In this document: in pieces, positions 10,791 through 24,701 of the stretch
How positions within the stretch are numbered: position 1 is the first letter of the stretch
Layout: every line of letters starts with the position of its first letter
Origin: Amoeboaphelidium protococcarum X5
Taxonomy: Eukaryota; Fungi; Aphelidiomycota
Direction: 5' to 3'
NCBI GenBank assembly: GCA_023515725.1
Contig: JALDTO010000179.1
Coordinates: forward strand, 330,053 to 394,052
DNA: 64,000 bases
Notes under the pieces: generated by a model
The model's input: only the letters and a program-made list of their open reading frames with translations
What the model was told of the DNA's origin: nothing
Database searches by the model: none
Program-made: the position numbers and the translations under genes

Positions 10791-11775
10791 GTGTGTAGTG
10801 AGTTATAATGAGTGGTAAGCTGTGTTTTCTCGCCGAGCTTGTATGCCCATCCGGGCAGTGTTCCCCGTCAGGGCTGTGTTTCTTAATCTTCTGGTGTCCT
10901 CACTGCTGTACTCAGTGACCCACCTAATATTAACTGTTTACTGTCGGTGCGGTTAGTCATATGGCACAACTTTACGTTTGAGTGATTTGAACAATGATCT
11001 CATCACTGACCAGTTTGATCTTGCGCTGGCGCTGAAATATTTAAGCACTATTCTCTCCCTTCTCATTAGTTTCTTCTGATTGTACGTATGTTTGAAATTA
11101 AAGGATGCTATTATGAAGGTCAAGTTTTACATTTTGTTTTTCTATAATTGTTCATAACCATACTGTACGTGTAGGATTTGTCAATGATTGCTGTTTTAGC
11201 TCGCTGATCTTCTCGTATTGGGATGTATCGAAGCATTTCTACGGAAGCACAGTAATCATGTAGCAAGGCGGAACTTTGTGACTGTCGTGCAGTACTGTGA
11301 TTACAGTATTGACAGCTTCGCAATTTTTAGAGCAAATACGAAAGGGGAATCTGATTAGGAATTCTGATCAGACCCACATTGCTAATTACTGTGTGAAAGG
11401 GACTTGTGGGCAAGCGGTTTGCCGTTGCCATCTCATTAAATTGAGGTGATGTTTTAAAAGCTTCTACTGCTCTGTGATGATCTAATGCGAGGATTTTAAC
11501 TGGGTGTCTTTGATCTAACGCCAAAATTCCATCAGAGTGTCTTTGTGCGACGGTAACGTTGTAACGTTTCGCAAAATGGCGCGGTCGGATCTCTGATTGG
11601 GCTGATTGCTGGTCACTACACCACGAGATGGAACGTTACGCTGTTACGTCGTTACATTATTCGATATCTATGGTGGAGCTATAAAGTTGCGGATTCGATT
11701 ACCTTCTTCTATTCCTCTCTTCGATATTTGCATTTATAAACTAAACCAATCCCTCATCATATAAATTTATAGAAA

Positions 11776-13626
11776 ATGATTTCAACATCTGGTGTATTTG
11801 TAACTGCGTGTCTCATCGCGTCTAGTGTCAATGTGCTGGCATAGAATGTCATTATTGGTACTCAAGAAGGTTTCTCCACCACTACTATTGGCAAGTATGG
11901 CAAGATTATCCCTGTGACGTTGGATTCTGCTCCTGCTGATGATAATTTCACTGTCTACTTCTCTAGTAAGAAGCTTGATGTGAACAAGTGCTAGCTGACG
12001 TTCAACAAGCACAACTACAATCATCCTCAATAGCTGCTGGTCCGCCTGATTGACGACAAGACTACTGCTTGTGATTTGAGTTATTAGACTCCATGTGGTA
12101 AGAAGCACGATATCTCTATGGATGTCACCGAGCCGGAGCTTGGAAAAGATGCCGCCACCTGTAATGTCTGGGGTGACCCGCATGTTGATAACTTTGATGG
12201 CGCGTCCACTTTCGATGTACAGCCTGCCAACATCTATGTTGACTAGCACAATGATTCTCTGAATACTTTCACCATGGTCAAGAATCAGTACTTTACTGTG
12301 CAGGGTCGCTTTGATGAATGCTTCAACAACAGAACCTGTGTTAATGCTGCTGCCGTCTCCTTCTGGGATAATGTAATTGTGGCCGACATCTAGAATGGTA
12401 CTGATGGCCATTTGTTTCTCCGTGTCCAAAACTTTAGAGAGGGCAATGCTCTGAAAATCAACTCCACCAAGAGTAACGTTCAAGTGATCAGTGTTAACGG
12501 TTTTGCTTATGTGGAAATTGCAATGAAGAGTTGGTAGCCTGAGGGTTGGACTCATCCTGGCTTTTTCTTGGATGTCAAGACTGTGATCAGTCCTGCCCTG
12601 AAAGGCACCGGTCTGACTGGTGTCTGCGGTAATTACGATGGCAAAAAGGACAATGACTGTAATAGTTTGGATTCTTGTAAGGCTACTGTGTCCGACTGGA
12701 ATCGTAATTTGTTGGGCTGTCTGGTCAAGGGTCACTCTTGTCCTGCATTGGATTCCACATATCATAGATGTGATATTCCTGCTCTGACATGTCCATCGTC
12801 TACCACTCTCATCTAGTCGTCCACCGTCCATCCTACCAGTACTCCAGTGGAGCACAAGACTCCTTCTACTCCTTCCCCATCTCCTGCACCGGGACACCCA
12901 TCTCCTTCTCCTTCTCCTGTGCATCCTTCTCCTTCTCCTGTACCATCTCCTGCACACCCTTCGCCTTCGCCTGCACCAGCACATCCATCTCCTGCCCCAG
13001 GTCCAACTCCTAGTCCATCTTAGCCTCCTTCGCAGAGTCCATAGCCGCCAGCAGCTCCTCAGCCAAATGCTCCAGCTTATACTCCTCGTCCAGCTGCTCC
13101 ACTACCAGCACCAAGTACTGAGAACAGAGCATGCCAGGCTATTGTCAACGCCAAGTTTGATTGCGGTATTGAACAGGAATAGAAGGCCTGCTTCAATCAC
13201 TGTCTGAGAAGATGTTCCACCGCTGACCAGGCATCCAAGATGGCAGAGTAACAGATCACTGAGCTGAAGAACATTTGCGCTGCCAAGAATGCACTGCAAG
13301 CTGCTTCCTAGTAAGCTCCATCTCTGGTCATGGGCAAGAACACTGCTCCTCCAGCTCCTAAAGCTGCTGAAAGCCCTCTGTCTCAATGCCCAACCATGTT
13401 GCCTAGCAAAGAGAATCCTCTGTCTTATGGAAATTCTCCAGTTGCCGCTTCTCCTGCTCAGTCACATCCACAGAACACTGCTGACAATAAGAAGTCTCCA
13501 TCGACTAGTGGTGAGCCTTGTGATTCTGCAACTGGTGACTCTTCGGGATACTCAGTGTCCAGCGCCGCTTCCGTGAAGATCTCTGCTTTTGCTCTGGTCG
13601 CGTCGGCCGTAGTTGCTCTGGTTTGA
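11776..13626 (+). CDS. Secreted von Willebrand factor type D (VWD) protein with Pro/Ser-rich stalk and probable GPI anchor signal
   Basis: N-terminal signal peptide; 'CNVWGDPHVDNFDG', 'TGLTGVCGNYDGKKDND'; PSPSP-type repeats ~12870-13110; hydrophobic C-terminus 'SSAASVKISAFALVASAVVALV'. Confidence 0.85.
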
Positions 13627-14173
13627 TGATATGAATCTATTTTGGTAGTTTAATAATTGATGATGAATTGAAAGAAGAAATGAATAAAAATACATAGTTG
13701 ACATGATATAAGTTTTACTCAGACCAAAAACTTACTTTCCAAAAGCCAAGAGATTATTTAACAGCGGATGAATTCAGCCGTTGATGTGTTATCAGCTGAA
13801 ACAACTTTCGATGAACGACGCGTCGTTATAATCTTGACTTTTTGCTACAGCGAGTGGACGGAGACTTATCTTAAAGAGCCGTGCTTAGAAGTTGAAGAAA
13901 ATCGCTCAATAGAGACGATTTTAAAGATTATTCATTATCACTTAGAGCGTATCTAGTCACCGAGTTTCAATTGTGATTTAGAACGTCAATGCAATGTAAT
14001 AACGCGTCGTCTTTATGATTTTAGTTTCAAGCGAGCAAACGGGAGAGAAACTTTACAGGGGCGATGTCCTTTGGCTCGAAGTTCAAGAAAAAATATAAAG
14101 ACTCAATCTCTGTCTGTTTGAAAATTGATACACCGCGTCTTGTCTACTATTTTTATAATTTGTCTTAAATAGA

Positions 14174-17100
14174 ATGGATTAATTTAATGGTGAATTAGAT
14201 GAGAGCCTATCTCGATTGTTAGTCAGTGATATCGATGGCGACCACTTCATCCAAGGTCATGATGCATTGGATATTCTGGATGAGCTGAATGACACCTCAA
14301 TTGCTAATGTGGATAGTGAGTATTAAGTGTAGGAGGAGATCGATTATAATGAATTTGAAGGCACATCTCAGAGTCTATTCGTGAATGCTTCATTTTAGTA
14401 GTAATCACCACCATCCAATGTGCGGCAATAGAAGTAGTCATAGAGCCAAAGAGTTTTTAAACCAAAGAAACGCGTAAGATTTTAACGTAATTTGAATTTA
14501 CAGTCACCAGATGGTTAGAATATTTGCGATCAGTCGGCACTCAAAGTAAATGGTGATGACTAGATGGATTATGAGAATGTTGACAGCTGGGCTGCGATGG
14601 CTGCTACTTCTCTGCATCAGTCTTCAATCAATACAGGACATAACGACGTTGAGTAAGATGATATGGAAGACGTGGAAGATCATCTGCGTGATCGTCAAGA
14701 ACTCCACTTGGAGATGGATCAATCTTTATCGCGTCGTAAAGCTAAAAGCAGCTAATCTTCAAATTAACCAAAGCTACTACCAGAGGGTCGACATTTATTA
14801 CAGCGAGCTTAGGATTTCTTTTTAGAGGGAGATTACGTGCAGTCTAGAGTCTATTTGCAGCAACTGATTACATAATATCCTTAGTGTGCGGAAGCTTTCC
14901 AACAGATGGGCATGATTGAAGAGGAAGAGGGAAGTATAGAGGAGGCTATCAGGTTGTATGAAATTGCTGCAACTATCAAGTCTTCAGATACGATGCTATG
15001 GAAGAGGCTTGCCTATTTGTATATGGAGTAGGGCGATGATGATATGCGAGAGAAGGCACTAGCTTGCTTGACCAAGGCTATCAGATCCAATGGTGATGAT
15101 ATGGAGTTGTTCATGGACCGCGCCACCATTCACGAAGACATGAAGAAGTACAAGCGGGCACTGGATAATTACCGCATTGTAGCTGAAAATCGTCCGTATG
15201 ATGTTGAACTGGCTGTTCATATGTCCAGGCTTTATTTGATGATTTGTGAGCCGTAATAGGCTGTGGATAGACTGGAATAGTGCTTCTTCCTAGTTTCATC
15301 GTTTCATAGGCGTGAGTTATTCCGTAACATGAGGCTCCATTCAAAGCTGATTAATAATTAGCCTGATAAGAAGAAGCCGAAGCGCGTGGGTTCGTTGAAT
15401 TGGATTCATATTGAGGCTCTGGTTGACGCGTATTTTGAAGCTGGTATGTATGCCAAAGTGACTCCTCTATTTAAGAATGCAGAGTTGGTCATTAAAGTGA
15501 AAATTGATAATCTAGTACCTCTTATTGGTAAGCGTTTGAAAGCAAAACGCCTTATTGGACTAGTCTGTAGCAAGTCTGTAAAGTCTTTTTAGTAGTAATT
15601 TGAGAGTCTAATCGAAGACTTATCATGCTAGCATTAGTATTCAATTCGTCTTCACATGTCTCAAGTATTGTCTGCACTGAAGAAGCCGCATGATGCAATC
15701 GATGTGTTTAAACCTGTACTTAATCTTACCGAGAATGATCAGAATCCGTACAATACACCATCGTCTTGGGTAATTTTGGCTGAATATTATCAAGCTATAG
15801 GTGACAATCATGCATATGAGGAAGCATTGTAGTATTATGATATGTCTTTATGTGTGTACCATTATTCTAAAGATATCAAGTTAATTATGGCTGAATTGTA
15901 TGACCTGTTGGGCTAAAGTATCAATGCCCAAGCTATCCGGTAGGGAGCTTTGAAGAACAAGGCACAAGTTATCAGTGTGCAGCAGGTGAAGAAAAATGCC
16001 CGATTTGACCAAATGTCTGCGATGTGTCAAAAGCTGTGGACTGATTTGATGGCCAGCGAAGACAATACTGCTAATGTGGGCGATTTAATAGATCCTTCTG
16101 ATGTGCAGTCTTAGCAGTAGTTGTAAAGTTCCGTGCCAATGACCAAAATTGCCCTTCGCTCTCTAAAAAAGGCTGGTATCTTAAAGACTAATAATAGTAA
16201 TAATCAGAATTCAAGGAAGCGTCGATCCAACAGATGGAAAGAGGGTGACAAGAATGCCGAAACTAAAATTAAATAATCATCCGTTAATGCTGCTGAGGCT
16301 TTTGCTCAGAATGCCGAACTGATGCGATAGTCAGCTTAAAAGAATTAGGACACTGCTCGATAACTGGCTCAGTGGAAAGCTTAATAATTTGATGCCACGC
16401 TGCTGCAAGATATCACCGAATCTGTACAGTTTGCCGAATTTGAGGAGTTTGTGAATTTCTTTGCCAAGCATAAGAATCTGTTTAATTCAAAGTACGCTGA
16501 AGACACTGTTATACTTAATCCAGATGGTACTGGTCGCAAGTAGGAGCTTTACTCTGGCCTCTCGCTGTAACAGTGGATGCAGTCATTCCTTAATTTCCTC
16601 TCTGTTACGGTAGCTGTAATTTCTGCGGCAACCAGACAATGCTTAACTATTGATTTATAATCGCTAGTCTCAGTGGCATTGGTTGTAGTCTCATTTCTAA
16701 AGCCTAGTGATAGTGTAATTCACGATCAGACGTTGAAGACCACATTCCTCGAAGTTTCACTATACGTTCAGGCTATCAAGTACAACTGCACCATCGGTAC
16801 GTAAAAGCAATCTGTTGGGCCTGCCACTAATCTCTACATGTCTAAAATTGTTAAAATTATCAGGGATCTCATGGATTAGTGTCCGCAGCAATCTTTCCCA
16901 CTATCCATACACTCGTACGTTATATCTGCACTGCCTGCCGATATTTAATCAGAGTATCAGCGTGATAATGTCTTTATGAGGTCTTTACAGCGTTTCTGCA
17001 GGGATAACAATTGGAATGATCCGTACATGAGCTGTCTATTAGCAGGATTTAATGCAAGCAATAATTTTCAAGTTTAAGCTCTGCATCGTTACTGCAAGAC

Positions 17101-17650
17101 TTTGGATTGGTACCGCGCGAATAATGATGCTCTGAATTAGTAGGCATCTAATTATGAAGATGGTAACAATAGTAATAGTCAATTGATGTCATCATCCCCA
17201 TAAAAGAATTGTAAAGCTTTAATTCTGCTCAATGTCGCACTTTGCCTACTCCATAGATCCATGCAAAAGAATACTGGGTTTAATAGACACACTCTTATAG
17301 CTAACGCCCTGGCATATATGTGCGATTACGCGGATTATAGAAGATTGACTTGGCAAAGTGTTTATGCTTAGCAGGAGATTGAGTATAACTTTGGTAGTTT
17401 CTACCTAACTCTCGGTCTCTATCGTCAGGCGATGAGTTATTTTCTGAGAGCCATTGAATGTGTCTTACCTCATTCAAGTAGAGACCGCCAAGTGGACGAT
17501 CATCACGTTAAACTGGATAACAACGATGAGCGCGTTAGCTCTCCTTATGATTTGAAGTAGGAGGCGATCTATGCTTACACTCAATGTTGCTATATGTCCG
17601 GCTAGATGGAAGAGGCTCGAGCTATTCTACTTGCTAATCCGATTGAATGA
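14174..17650 (+). CDS. TFC4: TFIIIC TPR subunit Tfc4/GTF3C3
   Basis: Acidic N-terminus, TPR repeats, C-terminal 'QEIEYNFGSFYLTLGLYRQAMSYF...YDLKQEAIYAY...SGQMEEARAIL'. Confidence 0.75.
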
Positions 17651-17907
17651 TATTTTCTCAAGATACGCTTCCTCTCTTGCATTCCGTATGTACTGTATGT
17701 ACATTGGCTCTCCTTTTAGAATTCTTCTTCTTACATGGGCGCGACGATTTTCACAGAGCCTTCTTTGAACGGACGGTCAAGAGCGAACGACTCAACTCGC
17801 GCTTGATTCTTCGTCATTTTATCTAACATTTCTACATAGAATTTTTTGAACTTTACTTTTGGACTTTAAATATCAAATTCTGGCGTCATATCATCATTTA
17901 AGTTATA

Positions 17908-20841
17908 ATGAACAGCAGATTTACAGAGTTTTATGAGCAAGATAAGGGAGAGGCATTGATTGCGAGGATTGAGGCGATGAAGAACTTTAATGCTCTGGGA
18001 CCACCTGACTTGGTGCATTTAGTTAAAGTAGCCGTGTCAAATGGAAATTCTACCGGCTCTCTAAGTGGTGCATCTGAATCCGGTAGTTACCACGTAGTGA
18101 CTGGTGTTGATTGTTCATCATCTGCGTCTATTGCAGTCTACCTAACGAACGCTGCAAGTGCTGCTGCCAATTCACAGACTAATGTTCTTTAGAAGTAAAA
18201 GTAGTAATCCAAGTAGGAAAGTTATGTATTGTAACCGCTAAGCCCAGAAGATTATCTTTCCTCTTTGGATTCTGGTGATAATCAACCCGCTACAGCGAGA
18301 TCTACGTCTACATAGTCCAAGTCGAGAGCTATAAAGCAGAGTAAGTAGTCTTTAAAGTTTGGCACGTATTGTGTATGGAATGCTTTCAGCAGAGTAGATG
18401 TTCGCGTTGAGGTTCGAATTCCAGGTGGTGTGGCATCTTATGCTATAGATCCTCATGGGAATAAGAGAATCGCTATGACTGATTTGTTGTGGGAAGAGAC
18501 TTACGTTAGTGCTGCACTGAGATCAATGTCCATTTCTTACTCATCGCCCCTTAGTCCGGATCCTATAACCGCTGTCCTATCTCCGTATGTTGGCGATAGT
18601 TAATATAATCATTTGTATCAGCAGCTGATTACGGTTCAAATGTCTGTGAAGAATTTCTAGTTTGTGTATGAGGCTGAAGCGCGGAGAAGGAGTCAAGAGC
18701 TGGAAGATTTACTTGCTAGCTGTGCTAATCTGTTCAAGTCTGGCTATAGGATTGGTTTTCCGGACTCGACTCAAGTAACTTCTTCCTCATATTCGAAAGA
18801 TGGTGTTCATAATTACCTTTCTCAGACGTTACATCAGTATTTTGTACACACAGGATAGTATGAGCTTGGAATCAAGTTCTTTAGTTAATTTGAGGATGAG
18901 TATAGAGAAGTGTCCACGTTCATTGATCACTATAAATTGAGGCTTGGTGATTCTAGCGGTGCAATGAGAGAGCTTTGTAATGCATTGCTATCTCCTCGTC
19001 AAGATAATGGTATAAATGTGGGTGCTGAAGATAAAGTATCGCCATAGTTGCGTTATCCCGAAGTATTAAAAGCTTAAGCAATTTAGTTGCAAAAAGATGG
19101 CCACACGGAGCATGCGATATAATTACTGAAGCATTGTGTTGAGCTTAGTCCATCGGATTATCAGCTGTGGATATGTTTGGCACGAGCATTTTGCCATACG
19201 TCTGATTATAAAACTGCTCTCATTGTACTGAATATGATCCCCTTTGCGAATAGTTTCTAAAATATTGGCGGTTTCGGTGTTGGTGGATTACAGCATAAGT
19301 CTGTCTTTAAAAAGTTGAGTCCGGTGTGGAATAACGCTGTCTCTTTATTTAAGCAATTGCCTGCTCCAGTCCGAAAGACTGTCTCAGTGAACGAAGATTC
19401 GCCTATACCTTCCTTGGTTAATTAAGACGTCAAGTAGTTTGTCCTTGTTGAGCATCCTTTGAACAATTCCAACCAATCTGGCTCATTATTGTACACTCAG
19501 CAATAATTATAGAATGATTTTCTCACCTATTTTGCACTATCGCCAATGTACAGGGATGCGTGTGATGTAAGTCTGTACAGTCTGAAAGGTGCCAACCTCG
19601 AGGTGTTGAATATCCAGAATGGTCATATTATACGCAGCGTGTACTCCCTACTCTGCACTATCATGAAGAAAATTGGATGGGAGAAGCTATTGTAGTATCG
19701 CAGCGAAGCATTTCTGATGGAGGAGGAAGTCAAGAAATAGAGTGGGGGATCGTAAAAGTTATCTCCTGTTGACGGTGGTAGTAATGCTGAAGATGAAGTA
19801 ACTTCTCCATCTGTTGATAAAATGTCCGAGATTAATCTGAATGATGACTCGAGTAACGAGGGTAAATAGGATGAATGGAGAGGTTCATAGACACTCAGCG
19901 TAGCTAATATCTTGAAATAGAAGAGAGTATGTGAGAAATGGTTTGATTTCTTATTCACCGTACTGTATGAGGATGTGCGTGTCTATGAGGCTTACAAATC
20001 TGAGAGAGAAGATCAGTCAAGCTAGTAGTCATTGGATCAGCTCCCGTCTTCTCCTAAGAGTGATAATAACATTAATATTGAACAATCTAAAGATGCGAAA
20101 ACAAATAGTTATTCTAGCAAATTGATTGATAGAACTCCGTTGGAGATGGAATTGCTGGGGGATTTATCACTGCGTCTGCACTTGTATGATGAAGCTCTGG
20201 AATGCTATAGTAAGTACTTGGAGAAGCGATTTTGTTATCGAATCCACTATAAATAATTATATATTTACAGGAAGGAATTGAATAATCTTGTGGAGTTGTA
20301 GGTGGATCATGAAGATGCTGACTATCTTAATTCAATTCATCGCCTCGTCTCTGCTCAATTGATATCTTTGTCCAATTTAATGTTCGTTTATGAGCGCTTC
20401 AATTGCTTCGAGGAGTACGTAGCGCCCGGGGGTGTTTTCATGTCGACACTGCGAGAGTAGTAGCGCTGTATTGGATCTGAGAAGTTGATTGCTTTGATTC
20501 AAGAATCTACAGATTTGTCTTAATGGCAAAAGATTAGGCTTTCCGGACTGGTGTAAAATTTCCTGACTGTTAGTTCGTCTCTCGAGGTTGTATATTCAAA
20601 GCCATAATCCCCTGCATCTGCTAATGAGGTTACTGAGCGTCCTGATGTTGATGTGGCTGGAGAGCATAATAATACGGCTTAAGTTTCGAAGGTTGATGGT
20701 GATTAACCGTCGAAAGAGGATACCAATGTTCACGCAGAGGTTGATCCTAAAGAAGAGCCTGAGTAAGTGGACACTAAGTTGGAGTAACAAGAAGGGGTGT
20801 AGAGTGAGAATGAGATAAAAGACAAAGGTGAATAGTAGTGA
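17908..20841 (+). CDS. ChAPs family exomer cargo adaptor (Bud7/Bch1-like)
   Basis: 'LGPPDLVHLVK', 'GSYHVVTGVDCSSSASIAVYL', 'YCVWNAFSRVDVRVEVRIPGGV', 'WEETYVSAALRS'. Confidence 0.85.
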
Positions 20842-20873
20842 AAAATAAAACAATGTGATTGAATATACGGCAC

Positions 20874-21866
20874 TCATAACGGCCATTATGGGATATTTTT
20901 GGCGATACCAGATAATTTGAAAGGAAGTGTTCCGCTGACTTTTTACATGTGAATTCCGTTCCATCTGACATAGTCTATGAAAGGCGTGATTCTAGTGTCG
21001 GAGGTCATTGTGACTTTATACAGGCCAGCACCTCCTTCTCCTCTCCTCCATTATACGACCCACCTGCCGTACTTGTCGTGGCTCGTGATTCCGGCACTAA
21101 TTGTTGTCCCATTGCCCATGACTGATTCCACACGCACGTCTTTGAGCGGCACCTTGAGAAAATACAAAATAATGTACCAGTTGAACCGACTCGATCCATT
21201 GTCAAAGAAATATCCCACTCGCTATCCCTTCCAATCGCATTCAACTGGCCAAGTGAGAAGATTATTATAATTACGCGGCCCTCCTCTTGGATGATACGGG
21301 ATATCTAGATAACTTGGTCCTCCGGATAGAAAGGCGGATGCTGCTGCGTTCATGTCCAGTTGATGCCTCGAGCACTCTGGGCAGTAATCGGTGATCATCA
21401 CTGTAACCGATCGGTTCGTAGCTGGATTCTGGATTAGATAACATTGTCCACATGACTTTGAACCGTGCCATAAAGCAGCGCCAACTCCAATCAGGTAAGG
21501 ATTGTATCCAGGATCAACGAAATTCAGTCTTTTGTTCTTCCAGTACATACACGAACCGTCTAACCCTCCCATGTTATCGGCGTGTCTGAACGTTGCTCCC
21601 GTAACAGTCGGTTTCGACGCGAGAATCTTGCCATATCCCAATCTGATGGCGGATGATAAATCCAAGATTGCCCAGTTTGTATTGGCCGGAGGAATTCCCA
21701 CAAATGCTTATGTTTATAAGTTTGCAGTTCCCACAATCACGGCCGCCCGGTCTTATTCTCGAATGTCTTTTGTTTCATCATTCTTAGATTAGAAAACGTG
21801 CTGATCTGATCGACAAAGAATGGCTATCACACCAATAAGTATCACAAGTGAAACTTGAGGTATCAT
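20874..21866 (-). CDS. Secreted expansin-like protein (DPBB + C-terminal beta domain), paralog 1
   Basis: Signal peptide; 'GSCMY', 'GSKSCGQCYLI', 'VMITDYCPEC..HQLDMNAAA', 'WPVECDW', 'YFFDNGSSRFNWY'. Confidence 0.8.
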
Positions 21867-22141
21867 TAAATAGTATGTCTATAACCGGATTATTAATTAA
21901 ATCTCAAATGGTGGTGATGGGAAGAATGTGTAATTAGAGATGAATTTACGGAGCTATAATTGGAACCGATTGTATGGCTTCTTAGTGTCGTTGCTGTGAC
22001 AACCCACCTCCTGCACAGTAATTCGAACTTGAACTATGGCGCATTCCAAGAGATTAATTACAGGTACAATAGAAACATTTCCATTAAAGCATGAACTTGT
22101 ATTTTAGTAAAAACATTAAAAACATAAGATTTAAAATATAA

Positions 22142-23246
22142 TCACCCTTGCATAGGCCAGTTACGTATGTTCTAAGCGCGAGCGCTCAGCGGAATGAACG
22201 TTCTGCCTTTGATGTTAGAAAATGTGCGATCATTCCAGTAAATCACATCTTTCACAACCTTGGTATTGCGAGTGTGAATCCATATATTGTAATTGCCAGC
22301 ACCTCCTTTGCCGCTCTTCCATGAGAACACCCAGCGACCATACTTGTCATGCTTACCAGTGATCTGCTCACGCGTCTTTTAGTTCTCGGCTACTATTTTC
22401 TAAGCGGGAACGGTCAAGAAGGAGATTATGACGTACCAATTAAAACGATTAGATCCTGTGTCGAAGAAATAGCTCAATTTCTCGCCTTTCCAGTCACATT
22501 CAACGCGCTTAACTTGCAAATGCTAAAAGTTCTCTGGTCCACCCTTGTATGGAACTGAGTTATGTGGATAGCCGCCAGCTAGAAACGCAGAAGCAGCAAC
22601 GTGAATATCAAGCTAGAATCTGGCACAAGCGGGACAATAATCAGTGATCACAGACACCACAGAGCGTCTATTCTTTGGATTGTAAACAAGCAGACATTGA
22701 CCACATGAATTAGAGTTATCCCAAAATCCAGATCCAACACCGACCAAGTACTCGTTGAAGCCTGGATGTACAAATCCAAGTCTGCCATTCTTCCAATACA
22801 TACATGATCCATCATGCATACCCATATCATGATTACCTCTAAATGTGGCACCAGAGTCGGATGGCCTTCTATCTAGCACTCTACCGTATCCTAATCTAAT
22901 TCCAGCGGAGGAGTCTCTAATTGCCCAATTCTTGTTTCCTGGAGGCTTTCTCAAATATTTACTACAAAATTATTTCAATGATGATTTAGATTTAATGAAT
23001 GACTATGTTCAGAAGATATGCTTACGCGCTGACACCGGAAACATCTATCGGTGATGTACAATTAACGCCGGCCGTTTAGTTGTAACATGGATCTTCAGTT
23101 TCAACCGCTAAACACGTATCAAACTGACTATAGAGAGATTCTGAACCAAAAATCAGCTAGTCGTCAACAGTGACATCATAAATGTGTGCTTAGATCAGTG
23201 TTATTATAGCTGATATGAAAACAAAACTCCCCTTTAGCTGATACAT
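22142..23246 (-). CDS. Secreted expansin-like protein, paralog 2 (intron 22962-23025)
   Basis: Colinear with paralog 1: 'GSCMYWKNGRL', 'SCGQCLLV', 'VITDYCPACARFQLDIH'; removing the GTAAGC..GTAG intron restores the frame to a signal-peptide exon. Confidence 0.8.
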
Positions 23247-23909
23247 TCTCAAAAATCAAATGTGTATGAATGATAAGGAGTTTTTATGAGATAAGCGAAA
23301 GATAAGACAAGAGACTGATCATAACTATCAGATCTATAAACGTTTAAACTCGTCATAATCATTGTCGGTAATTACCATGGCAATCGCTATCGACTCGTGA
23401 ATATTTTAGAAAATCAAATCAGAGATCAGAAACGACGAGACGGGCTGAAGTGAAAAGAAAATGGACAAAACGGCCTTCGGTTGAAATCAGATCAAATTAC
23501 AATTTATTGGCGCTTCAATTTCCCTTTTCTTTTCCCAATTGAATTTCTTACTCGCCAGCTTTAATAACGGACGAATCGCCTATAATGGTTTAGTCTGCAG
23601 TCCGCTGGCGTATAAAAAACAATCAAATATAATCACTCTTTATACCTGATGAATGTATAAAAGAGCTTCATGCATTTGATACAGACTACATTTCTAACTT
23701 TGTACCCAACATTAACTTTACTAACTTCTCGATATGCATTTTGTCATTCATACCATATTATCTTACAAATTAAATAATAATCTTATTCTTTTCAGTACTA
23801 TAAAATAGTCGCATTAATGAGAGTTTACAATATTACGTAAGCCAGATGATGAAGTTCACAAAGTACGCGTATTGCTTTTAAACCTCCAAACCAATAACTT
23901 TTTGATGAA

Positions 23910-24652
23910 ATGACACAAGAACTAGTTGAAAATACCAAGAACTTTGTGCGTCAGTACTTTGAAGAAAAGTCGTATGACCCATCGCATGATTATCAGCATG
24001 TTGAACGCGTGTATACGCTAGCTATGGAACTGTATCGCCAAGAGTCGGCCACCACTGCCAATATCAACGTGATGATTGTTCAACTCGGTGCTCTATTGCA
24101 TGATGTCGGAGATGCCAAATATGCTACAAAGTACGTTTTAGTTGTATAACATTAAATTTTTGATGATATTTAGTACCACGTTGACTATGTAGGGAAGGAG
24201 AGGCTGTGAGCGTGATTAGTAAGCACTTGGGAGAGCTTGGATGTGACAGATCCCTGATTGAACAAGTGCTCTATGTGGTGGAAAACGTGTCATTCAGTAA
24301 AGAGAAGAAGCGTATACAATAAGGCTTACACATTGATATGACACCTGAACTAGCGATTGTACAGGACGCAGACAGACTGGATGCTATTGGCGCCATAGGG
24401 ATTGTCAGAGCATTCACTTTTGGAGGAGCTCGTAATAGACCGCTCTATAATCCTGACACTGTGTATCCTTAGAATTAGAACACTACCAATTATAGCGAAG
24501 CAACGCTAGACCATTTTTATGAAAAGCTTTTGAAACTAAAGGACATGATGAAGACTGAGAGTGGTAGAGCCATGGCGCAGGAGCGACACGATTTTATGCT
24601 CACTTTTCTCGATCAGTTTATTGGCGAAGTTCAATTTAAACGTGACATATGA
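23910..24652 (+). CDS. HD-domain phosphohydrolase (YedJ/YpgQ, COG1418-like); intron 24131-24192
   Basis: '[12 protein letters not shown]', '[12 protein letters not shown]', '[24 protein letters not shown]', '[18 protein letters not shown]'. Confidence 0.9.
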
Positions 24653-24701
24653 GTGATTGATTACAGCCAATGTATTACTTCGGGTCACTAATCACAATAT
24701 T

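Noticed and set aside
11782-12984. 400-aa Arg-rich - strand ORF in the supplied track
   Set aside because: Antisense shadow of the VWD/Pro-rich gene
12870-13110. Tandem ccttctcct-type repeats
   Set aside because: They encode the Pro/Ser stalk of the VWD protein and are not an independent repeat element
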